From Leptogorgia sarmentosa (lineage: Eukaryota): DNA of 64,000 nt. Within the stretch, counting starts at the first letter, position 1; the number at the start of each line of letters is the position of its first letter. Shown here in pieces: positions 49,101 to 61,200 of this stretch. Where the stretch lies: the NCBI GenBank assembly GCA_964658305.1, contig OZ210884.1, positions 8,060,001 through 8,124,000 of the forward strand, written 5' to 3'. The translations under genes and the position numbers were made by a program. The notes beneath the pieces were generated by a model. The model saw only the letters and a program-made list of their open reading frames with translations. It ran no database searches and had not been told where the DNA came from.

Positions 49101-52100
49101 GACTGCGCCCTGAATATGTACAATGCTTGTGCTCACATTGCAGTCTGGAGATGAAATAGTCAGACTAGCGGAGTTTCACTTTCGAAACCGGCCATCAAAA
49201 CATGTTAATCCAGATACATTACAAATTCAATTATGTAAAACATTCCGTAACTCATTTTCTCACATTTTCACTCAAAATATTTCTAAGTAAACATACGTTC
49301 TGAGCATGCGTGTCCGTTCTTTCTCCCCATGGAGACTCAAAAATCCCCAAATTTTCTTTGCTTTCCACCCATGAACCAAACAAAATTCATTTGTACACAT
49401 GTGGAATTGAATTTACCAATCAGCGCCGTAATGATTTTATAGATTTCGACGAATGTGCAGAGGGAACATACAATTGCCCTAATAATTCTACGTGCAATAA
49501 TACAGTTGGTTCGTTCAAATGCCCCTGTGCTCCTGGCTTTGAGAAAAAGATGGGGATCTGTCAAGGTTAGTTTGATATCGCTCAGAAGCGTAGGAGTCCA
49601 TGCGGTGAGGGAGGCCCCTGCCTCACCTGGACAAAATATTGCAATATGAATATTATGTTGTTAAGCTTTTAATCTTTTTCCTCAATATTATGTCTTTGAT
49701 CGAACACAAGATAATGTAAAAGACACTTGACTGCGCCCTGAATATGTACAATGCTTGTGTTGACATTGCAATCTCGAATGTTTTGTTGAAGTGCAAGCCT
49801 GGTCGAAATCCCTCAATTAAGTGTCTTTCGACAAGTTTTCCTCCGACTTCGTAAATAACACAAACCTCGGCTTAAATCATTACTCATATCCTAGTCGACC
49901 TCATTCAAAAATTGTTTATTATTGATTTTTGACCCGATATCGTTGATATTTCCCGTGGCGAAGCCATTAAGAGTAAAGGGAAACAACAAATAAAGCGAGA
50001 GGTGAACGGAAATTCACGAAATATTTTATTCCTAAAATAGTCTATGATCGTTGAGTGAATGCATTCGGTCAGAACACGAATATATGAATATACACCTCCA
50101 ATTAATACTCTAGTTACGCCCCTGAGATCATGTGATTTAATCAGTCCTGTAATGATCATGTAATGTAATCGACTCTTGCAATGTGGTATCTCTGTCCAGT
50201 TAACCAGTCACATGCACATGATTTTTATATCTAATTTGAGATATAAAAAAATTCAAAGTAAAACTTCATTAACAGAAATTATTAGTGTCTCTTGTGACTT
50301 TAGATACAGACAAATGTCGAACGGATACACACAATTGAGAAATGTCCTACGAATTATGTTTGCCTCAATATGCACGGTTCGATTCATTGTCATTGCCCAC
50401 TCGTAAATGACGATATCATGCACTGCAGTTAACCAATCAAAACTCATATACGACATTATTACGTCATTTGGTCGTATATTGAAAATTATATTACATTATG
50501 ACGTCGCTAATTTATGCTGCTCACGTTTAAAAGCGGGAAAATGCAGATGGCTTCGTCAAAGAAAGGTTAATTAATCTTTTTTAGAACGCAAGCGTTTACT
50601 CCGATAAAGATACAAATAAAAATTTAAAAAAATATTGAATTCCGTTCTCGTAGGATTTGCTGAATTATAAAGACCTCTATTTGTGTTATTTGTCTCCTCC
50701 TTCGACTTCGCAAATAACACAAACCTGAAACCTCGGCCTAAATAATTACTCATATCCTAGTCGACCTTATTCAATTATGGTTTATTAATAATTTTTGGAC
50801 CCGATGTCGTTGACTTTTCGAGGCGAAGCCAAGAGTAAAAAGAAACAACAAAATAAAGCGAAAGGTGAACAAATTCACGAAATATTTTATTTTTAAAATT
50901 ATATTCTATAATGGTCGAGTGAATGCAACGAAATAGATTTCTCTCCGGGCAAATCATTTGAGCTCCGATTGACTAAGACATGAACACGAGATCACCTGGA
51001 AGGGAGCTAGAAATTTTCAACAAGCATCAAATTAAAAGTTCTACTCACTTCCTAAGCGATACAAATAGATTCGACGCTTAGAGTAAGGCCATTTGTAACA
51101 GTTGCACCTTCCTCAACTAAAACGTTGAATTGTATTGTTTAGTTTAGTTTGTGGGTAGAACGTCTGCTCCTGATGTTGTTATCCGCTACCTGCTACACGC
51201 TTTGTGTTGATGTGATTAGTTTCAAGATCATCAATCATGTGATGTAATCAGCCCTTTAATGATCATGTGATGTAATCGGCTCTTGCAATGTTTAGCATAG
51301 TTTTTTTTAACGTTTCTAGACATAAAAGAATGCGATTTCTCCATGTCACCATGTCATGCAAATGCAACATGCACCGATACAGAAGGATCTTACACCTGTA
51401 CCTGTATTACAGGATTTACTGGTAATGGAACTTTTTGTGAAGGTACGTGATAATCGATAAATTATCAGCGTCTTTGTGAATAAATGTTACATCATCGATT
51501 TTCGTTTACTCCGTTGCTAGAAATAAATGAAGGTTTGCCTGTTTCGCCTTGTCATGCTAACATGCAACCTGCAGCAATGCAGAAATTTATTACATTTTTG
51601 CGGAGTATTCCCATACTTAGAAAATCGTAATAACTTCATCAATCAATAAGATCCAAATTATTTTTTTGTCTGTTTTTGCACTGTCTAAAAGGATTGTCTT
51701 GATTAAGTTCATAAAACTGTACTAATTTGAGATATAAAAAAATTCAAAGTAAAACTTCATTAACAGAAATTATTAGTGTCTCTTGTGAGTTTTGATACAG
51801 ACAAATGTCGAACTGATACACACAATTGAGAAATGTCCTACGAATTATGTTTGCCTCAATATGCACGGTTCGATTCATTGTCATTGCCCACTCGTAAATG
51901 ACGACATCATGCACTGCACTTAACCAATCAAAACTATTGAATTATTTCAAATAAATAATAAACAACATTATGACGTAATTATATCGTATATCGAAAATTG
52001 ATGTATGACATTATGACGTAATTTGGTTGTATATTGAAAATTATGTAACATTATGACGTCACTAATTTATGCTGCTCATGTTTAAAAGCGGGAAAATGCA

Positions 52101-55100
52101 GATGGCTTCGTCAAAGAAAGGTTAATCTTGTTTAAAACGCAAGCGTTTACTCCGATAAAGATACAAATAAGAATTAAAACAAGGTTCGTTCAAATGCGAC
52201 TGTAATCCTGGTTTTAAATATTCAGATATGACAAATATGTGTGAAGGTTAGTTTGATATCGTTCAGAAGGGTAGGAATCCATGCGGTGAGGGAGGCCCCC
52301 TGCCTCACTAGTTAAGCTTTTAATCTTTTTCCTCAATATTATGTCTTTGAACGAACACAAAATAATGTAAAACTACTAAAAGACACTTGACTGCACCCTG
52401 AATATGTACAATGCTTGTGCTCACATTGCAGTCTCCAATGTTTCGTTGAAGTGCAAGCCTGGTCGAAATCCCTGCAGATGAAATAGTCAGACTAGCGGAG
52501 TTTCACTTTCGAAACCGGCCATCAAAACATGTCAATCCAAATACATTACAATGTCAATTATGTAAAACATTCCGTAACTCATTTTCTCACATTTTCACTC
52601 AAAATATTTCTAAGTAAACATACGTTCTGAACATGCGTGTGCGTTCTTTCTCCCTATGGAGACTCAAAAATCCCCAAATTTTCCTTGCTTTCCACCCATG
52701 AACCAAACAAAATTCATTAGTACACATGTGGAATTGAATTTACCAATCAGCGCCGTGATGATTTTATAGATTTCGACGAATGTGCAGCTGGAACACACAA
52801 TTGTCCTGATAATTCTACGTGCAACAATACAGTTGGTTCATTCAATTGCGACTGTAATCGGCCTGGTTTCGAACTAGCAATTATAATGAACGATCGTCAG
52901 TGTAGAGGTTAGTTTGATATCGCGTATTCGCGTGTGATCCTGGCTTTGAGGAAGTGAGGGGTTTCTGCTACGGTTAGTGGGATAATGCCCAGAAGCCTAG
53001 GAGTCCATGCGGTGAGGGAGGCCCCTGCCCCACGTGGACAAAATATTGCAATATGAATATTTGTTGTTAAGCTTTATTTAAATTCTTCCTCAATATTATA
53101 TCTTTCATCAAACACAAAATAATGTAAAAGACACTTGACTGCGTCCTGAATATGTACAATGCTTGTGCTCACATTGCAGTCTTGAATGTTTCGTTGAGAA
53201 GGTCGAAATCCTTGCGAAATCCCTTCAAGTGTCTTTCGATACGTTTTCCTTTGATTTCGCAAATAACACAAACCTCGGCCTGAATTATTACTCATATCCT
53301 AGTCGACCTCATTCAAAAATTGTTTATTATTGATTTTTGAACCCGATGTCGTTGATATTTCGTGGCGAAGCCATTAAGAGTAAAGGGAAACAACAAATAA
53401 AGCGAGAGGTGAACGGAAATTCACGAAATATTTTATTCCAAAAATAGTCTATGATCGTTGAGTGAATGCATTCGGTCAGAACACGAATATATGAATATAC
53501 ACCTCCAATTAATACTCTAGTATTACGCCCCTGAGATCATGTGATGTAATCAGCCCTTTAATGACCATGTGATGTAATCGGCTCTTGCAATGTTTAGCAT
53601 AGTTTTTTTTCACGTTTCTAGACATAGATGAATGCGGTTTCCCCGTGTCACCATGTCATGCAAATGCAACATGCACCAATACAGAAGGATCTTACACCTG
53701 TACCTGTATTACAGGATATACTGGTAATGCAACTTTTTGTGAAGGTACGTGATAATCGATAAATTATCAGCGTCTTTGTGAATAAATGTTACATCATCGA
53801 TTTTTGTTTACTCCGTTGCTAGAAATAAATGAAGGTTTGCCTGTTTCGCCTTGTCATGCTAACATGCAACCTGCAGCAATGCAGAAATTTATAACATTTT
53901 TGCGCTGAATATTAAAATATTCTATAATGGTCGAGTGAATGCAACGAAATAGATTTCTGTCCGGGCAAATCATTTGAGCTCCGATTGACTAAGACATGAA
54001 CACGAGATCACCTGGAAGGGAGCTAGAAATTTTCAACGAGCATCAAATTAAAAGTTCTACTCACTTCCTAAGCGATACCAATAGATTCGACGCTTAGAGT
54101 AAGGCCATTTGTGACAGTTGCACCTTCCTCAACCAAAACGTTGAATTGTATTATTTAGTTTAGTTTGTGGGTAGAACGTCTGCTCCTGATGTTGTTATCC
54201 GCTACCTGCTACACGCTTTCTGTTGATGTGATTAGTTTCAAGATCATCAATCATGTGATGTAATCAGCCCTTTAATGATTCTGTGATGTAATCGGCTCTT
54301 GCAATGTTTAGCATAGTTTTTTTTTCCACGTTTCTAGACATAGATGAATGCGGTTTCTCCATGTCACCATGTCATGCAAATGCAACATGCACCAATACAG
54401 AAGGATCTTACACCTGTACCTGTATTACAGGATATACTGGTAATGGAACTTTTTGTGAAGGTACGTGATAATCGATAAATTATCAGCGTCTTTGTGAATA
54501 AATGTTACATCATCGATTTTTGTTTACTCCGTTGCTAGAAATAAATGAAGGTTTGCCTGTTTCGCCTTGTCATGCTAACATGCAACCTGCAGCAATGCAG
54601 AAATTTATAACATTTTTGCGCTGAATATTAAAATATTCTATAATAGTCGAGTGAATGCAACGAAATAGATTTCTGTCCGGGCAAATCATTTGAGCTCCGA
54701 TTGACTAAGACATGAACACGAGATCACCTGGAAGGGAGCTAGAAATTTTCAACGAGCATCAAATTAAAAGTTCTACTCACTTCCTAAGCGATACAAATAG
54801 ATTCGACGCTTAGAGTAAGGCCATTTGTGACAGTTGCACCTTCCTCAACTAAAACGTTGAATTGTATTATTTAGTTTAGTTTGTGGGTAGAACGTCTGCT
54901 CCTGATGTTGTTATCCGCTACCTGCTACACGCTTTCTGTTGATGTGATTAGTTTCAAGATCATCAAACATGTGATGTAATCAGCCCTTTAATGATCATGT
55001 GATGTAATCGGCTCTTGCAATGTTTAGCATAGTTTTTTTCACGTTTCTAGACATAGATGAATGCGATTCCTCCATGTCACCATGTCATGCAAATGCAACA

Positions 55101-55908
55101 TGCACCAATACAGAAGGATCTTACACCTGTACCTGTATTACAGGATATACTGGTAATGGAACTTTTTGTGAAGGTACGTGATAATCGATAAATTATCAGC
55201 GTCTTTGTGAATAAATGTTACATCATCGATTTTTGTTTACTCCGTTGCTAGAAATAAATGAAGGTTTGCCTGTTTCGCCTTGTCATGCTAACATGCAACC
55301 TGCAGCAATGCAGAAATTTATAACATTTTTGCGCTGAATATTAAAATATTCTATAATAGTCGAGTGAATGCAACGAAATAGATTTCTGTCCGGGCAAATC
55401 ATTTGAGCTCCGATTGACTAAGACATGAACACGAGATCACCTGGAAGGGAGCTAGAAATTTTCAACGAGCATCAAATTAAAAGTTCTACTCACTTCCTAA
55501 GCGATACAAATAGATTCGACGCTTAGAGTAAGGCCATTTGTGACAGTTGCACCTTCCTCAACTAAAACGTTGAATTGTATTATTTAGTTTAGTTTGTGGG
55601 TAGAACGTCTGCTCCTGATGTTGTTATCCGCTACCTGCTACACGCTTTGTGTTGATGTGATTAGTTTCAAGATCATCAAACATGTGATGCAATCAGCCCT
55701 TTAATGACCATGTGATGTAATCGGCTCTTGGAATGTTTAGCATAGTTTTTTTTTCACGTTTCTAGACATAAATGAATGCGATTTCTCCATGTCACCATGT
55801 CATGCAAATGCAACATGCACCGATACAGAAGGATCTTACACCTGTACCTGTAATGACGAGTATACTGGTGATGGAGTTTCTTGTAGTTGGACTGGACCCG
55901 CGGGCTAA
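43217..55908 (+). CDS. Secreted Calx-beta + calcium-binding EGF protein, paralog 2 (up to about 563 aa; 10 EGF)
   Basis: Exons 43217-43292, 43999-44104, 44855-45081; EGF exons 45578-45706, 45884-46018, 48040-48162, 49443-49565, 51320-51442, 52770-52907, 53622-53744, 54338-54460, 55051-55173; terminal exon 55766-55908 (...[20 protein letters not shown]). Internal EGF exons are all phase 1-1 with lengths divisible by 3. Confidence 0.75.
46400..46705 (-). mobile_element. Short Crypton-like non-autonomous insertion specific to paralog 2
   Basis: Hairpin end AACAATTATTCGCCGAGACGAGG...GAGCCTGAGGTGAATAATTGTTTTAGTATAAT, CCAATCAG and TAATTATACTAA at the other end. The homologous intron of paralog 3 (about 61220-61245) lacks it. 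Confidence 0.55.
46902..52435 (+). repeat. Near-identical internal duplication, offset about 3280 bp (46902-49145 versus 50181-52435)
   Basis: Same pseudo-exons, same EGF exon (48040 versus 51320) and the same rearrangement junction ATTAAAACAAGGTTCGTTC (48901 versus 52181). Confidence 0.85.
53535..55850 (+). repeat. Tandem array of about 715 bp exon+intron units, each with one EGF exon
   Basis: EGF exon starts at 53622, 54338, 55051 and 55766 (spacings 716, 713, 715); the introns are nearly identical. Confidence 0.9.
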
Positions 55909-58275
55909 TTGGTTAAAGCGCTCCTAGTCCCCCCCACCTCCCCTTCCTATGGATTGATCGGGTACGGGTAATTCGCATACGTTCAGAATAATTACATGTT
56001 GTTATAATCTAGTATAACTCATGAACAGCAAGATAATGTCATTAATTTGTACTAGAGATTCACATAAAAATAAAAGCGATAAGTTGTAGAAGTTGACATT
56101 CAATATATTTTTTCTGGTTACATATATAATTATATAAAGTACCCAATTCCCGTATGCTTCGATCGCACATGAAGTCAACCGATAATATTTCAATGAAACT
56201 AATATTGTCTTTTACAATCTCATCGATCTGCTGCGCTGTTGGGGTTAAAAGCTTGATGGGAAAACGTTTGCTAGAAAAACACGGTATTCATTCACCTGAA
56301 AGCAGTTACATGAACGACAAGGGTACAAATTAACATCCAATACCAACGCTGACAAAGCTAAAACTGGACGGAATCCGAATACCAATACAAACTGTTTCTC
56401 CCGAATAGTTCGCCATTAAAATTAATTGTCGTTATACTTGAGCTGGAAGACAAAGAATGACTAGAAAGACCTGTAGTTCAAAGTTTTACAACTTTCCAAA
56501 TGAACCAACCGTCGAAATTCTCGTTCAAATCGGTCGATTAGACAGATTTATACTCCCTGCGATTGCCCTATCCTAAGTATGATTAGCTTCCAAAAACTAA
56601 AAATATACCAAATATAAAAATACTCCAATATTGAGTAAGAGTGGATCGAATGCGGAAATGCATGAACAAAGCTATGAAAGTACCGCACCTCCATTCCATT
56701 CCAGACATTGTGATGTAAACTAGTGGTTTTAGGTCAACTCAAAACTTAAAGCTTTTTATAGCTGCTTTTTATATTGAACAAAGGTGTCTTTCTTCAGATG
56801 AAAAGCTTCATCGAGCATTTACACAACAAATTTGAGACTAAAGCTTTCAATCACATTTGTCTTGGGAACCCACCACCAGTGTCAACCTCACTTTCTTTCA
56901 ATATACTTAACTTAACAACATTCTATCGGTAGAGATGATCGATGATGGGAGTCTGGAAGATGAATGACTATTTGCTTGCAGTATGTAAGATGACTTGTAG
57001 GACATGCAAGGGTATTGTAATTATCTAATTAAAACACAATACTAACCACAAGCAACACAATTAATAACACGCTATTGTATACAGTTCAATATAAAGCACT
57101 GTGACAGAGTTTGAGAACTATCAAAGTTTCGTGGAATTGTACATGTAAGCAATTGATTTGAAGTACGGTCGCAATTGGTTTCCTGGATTTCAAAAGTGTT
57201 AAGGTTAGTCGAAGAATACATTTGTAGTTATAGCGGTGCAATTATCTATGCCTCATGATTTCAGGATTAGATTTGTCGTTCTGTTGCTCACGAAAAGCCT
57301 GATTTGGAATAGTGTGGAATATACACAGTCTTCGGTACATAATTCGTAGTTATAAACGTAAATTCAAATGTAGAGAATTACTTGACATTTCAAATATCTT
57401 ATCAACTCCTTGAGTCCTTGTTGATGAGATATGTGAAATTCATTCGTTATTATAATTGTTCGCGCCTGAAATACTGTCACACGCAATATCTACAGCTAAG
57501 TTTAAATATTTCGATTTGTACTTTGACTTTGTTTATAAATTTTTTTGTTTACTTTTTTTATTGGGTTTATAATTTTAAATCATTGTTGGGTATTAATTCT
57601 GAAGGAGTGTCGCGCCCTCAAATTCCCTACTTAGTGATAGCTAGCCAAAACGTTGCGACAAATACTATAACATTTTGAAGTATAACCAATCACAAGTTAT
57701 ATGATAATCACAAGATATATGATGTCAATCAATCACAAGCTAAGATATATGATGTCAATACAACAACCATTTCGCAGGTTAGGGATTCTCGTATGTGTCA
57801 CGTGATTTTAAAATAGGTGTAGTCTCGGGTGTAGTGATTCAAACAAATTTATAATGTCTCTAGGGTGAGTTGTTGGAAGCCAAGTTAGCCTTGGTTGAAG
57901 CTTGAGACGTTTCTGAGGACTGCTCCACCAAAGTTTCAATGAAAACCTTGACTAATATCCGCTGTTCGAAGCCTTTCGTAATATACGAATCAACGCTATG
58001 AATTAATTCATAATTCAGATTCGAAACCATCTGTTGTTGTGCTTATTCTTTGTTTTAAGTAATAACTTTTGATGCCTATAACTACTTGATTGTATTAGAA
58101 ATATTTCGTTAATCCCACGTACGCAATGCACGCCGCATATGATTATTTACTAGTTCTTTCTCGGACAAAAATAACTGTGCTTTAAATAACGACAAAAAGT
58201 GATTAAGAAAGGCGATTGAGTACACGATCACTGCAAAAAAAGAACATTTCCCATTTAACATCTGTTGTTAACTAG

Positions 58276-61200
58276 ATGTCGTGGAACCCCAAAGGACTGT
58301 CTGTTCTGGTGTTTATTTTAACATTCGTGCCAGCAGAAGGAGAGGGTAAGAGTAAATTAACAGTAGGAAAAATAATGTTTGTATACATTAAAATATTGAT
58401 GAAGTGCGGTCAGGTAAAGACATAATAAAAAGGAGCCGTTTTCTGACCAAATATAATTCTTATTTCGACGAGCTTTCTGCCACTAGACTGTGGTCTTCAA
58501 CGGGTGAAAAGTTGTCAAAGTAAAAATTATATTTGGTCAGAGAACGACTCCTTTTTATTTTGTATACATGCAATAATTCCAGTAATGCCGATCACCATTT
58601 CAATTTGAACTGAGAACACGGTATGAAAAGCATCTCAACAAAGGTCATTAGTTGTGGTCCTGGTATAGCAGGGAAGTTTCCACATATAAGACTACTATAC
58701 GCAAACACAGTTGAGCTAAGTAAAAATAAAACCTCATTAATAATTCATAAACATTTTTGAACATTGCATAGCGTACTGTATTCCCTTCTGACGTTGCATA
58801 GTCTATCAAATACAGCCCGTCGATTTTACAAATTTAAATAATAAATTACTTAGTTTTATTATTTATTGTCTTGCTAACAATAAATTCTCCTTGGGTGTCA
58901 AATGCTATTTTTTTTCAATTTCAGAGCATAACGTGATTCAATTTGATAGCAACTTTTATTATGGTCCTGAAGGTAGAAGTGCCAAAGTCTGCTTGGTCAT
59001 CGCTAATTTCGTAAAACGCATCACTGGAACGTAAGAAAATTTTATTGTCAAATTATTTTGTAAGCACCAACACAAACGACAGTTGAAGAAGTATTTGATT
59101 AATCGGAGTCTTCATTTCATATTCCAGAGAAATTTCTGCATAAATTGAGAAATTTTCATATGGCCATTCTAAAACATGAATTTTGTGTTAATTTTTTAAG
59201 GATAACCACCAAAGATCACGACGCAAAGGGTGGAGTTGATTACGACAACACGGATATACCAGTTGATATAACAACAAAACCTTCAACACCTGTGTGTTAC
59301 TCTATAAATTTACCAGATGATAGTATTTCTGAAGGAATCGAATCTTTCGCTGTTGTTTTTACCTCAAATAACTCGTCTGATAAAATACGTCAAAAAAAAG
59401 CTACGGTTACCATTACTGATGATGATGGTAAATATTTCTTGTTATACGGTAATATCAAGCACTATTATATAGATAGCCCAAATATACACTTATTTTTATG
59501 ATCGTTAAAAATATATAGGTAGATACAATGACTGCGTGCGAACTGCGTGCGAACTGCGTGCGAACTGCGTGCGTGAGGGTCGGTGAGTGCTATAGTTGAT
59601 GCCAGGCACAATAAGCAACGCCTGGAAAGACAGACTACGACATTCAAAGATATATTTTCGTTACTTTTAATGATTTTTAAGTTAAATCAAAATGAGTGTA
59701 AATTTGGGCTACTAATTGTACTATACTTATTGGCTGAGATGGCTATCGCGTTATACCTAAATACGTAATAAACTGACGTCTTCCCGTATTGACCAACCGA
59801 TAGGGATATAGGAAAAGAGAAGTAACGCCTTCTCCAATCTACAAAGTGGTGAAATGATACAGTAACCGCGCTGCCAATTAAACATACTATACAGCCTTTG
59901 ACCTTACAACATATCATGTTATCTCATCAATATTTCCAAATCATTTCTTCTGATTTTAGATGTGAATGAATGTGCCCTGGGTACTCATTACTGTCGAAGT
60001 TTTGACTCATGTGTAAACACAGACGGTTCATTTCGATGTATTGATAATGATGATGCGGGATTTTTTGATAATGGTTTAACCTGTGAAGGTATTTTGATCA
60101 TGATTTATGAAATACTTAACGTCTTTAGCATACCACTCGCAAAAAGCACATTTAGAAATATTATTAATTATAAGAGTATTAGTGATGTTCTCTTGTAGTC
60201 TTGGGTAGAGTATCTGTGTCGGGAATGGCATGCATTTCCTGCAACACATGTGGAATTGAATTTACCAATCAGAGCCGTAATGATTTTATAGATTTCGACG
60301 AATGTGCAGAGGGAACACATAATTGCCCTGATAATTCTACATGCAATAATACAGTTGGTTCGTTCAAATGCGACTGTAATCCTGGTTTTAATTATTCAGA
60401 TAGCACAAATATGTGTGAAGGTTAGTTTGATATCGCTCAGAAACGTAGGAATCCATGCGGTGAGGGAGGCCCCCGTGCCTCACAAGCTTTTAGACTTTTT
60501 CCTCAATATTATGTCTTTGAAAGAACACAAAATAATGTAAAAGACACTTGACTGCGCCCTGAATATGTACAATGCTTGTGCTCACATTGCAGTCTCGAAT
60601 GTTTCGTTGAAGTTGAGCAAGTCCGTTATTTCTCCCCATGGAGACCCAAAAATCCCCAAATTTCCCTTGCTTTCCACCCATGAACCAAACAAAATTCATT
60701 TGTACACATGTGGAATTGAATTTACCGATCAGAGCCGTAATGATTTTATAGATTTCGACGAATGTGCAGCTGGAACATACAGTTGTCCTGGTAATTCTAC
60801 GTGCAGTAATACAGTTGGTTCGTTCGAATGCCCCTGTGCTCCTGGCTTTGAGAAAAAGATGGGTAATTCCTGTAAAGGTTAGTTTGATATCGCTCAGAAG
60901 CGTAGGAGTGCTTGCGGTGAGGGAGGCCCCCTGCCTCACCTGGACAAAATATTGCAATATGACTATTATGTTGTTAAGTTAATTTTTTTACTCTTTTTCC
61001 CCAAGACTAGATCATTGATTAATAAATCTATTGCGCCTGGAAATGACTAAAACAATGGGGTGAAAAATTAAAACAGAACCGTATTATTGTATCGTGCATT
61101 GTGCAAACACCGTGCAATTAATATTATTCATTATGCATACTTGTTAAAAACGATAAAGCTGTATATGATTAGTACCATTTGGTTCTTGGTGCTATAAAGG

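Noticed and set aside
53535..55850. CRISPR-like or prokaryotic repeat array
   Set aside because: The units are 715 bp eukaryotic exon-intron duplicates with no short repeat-spacer structure and no cas genes.
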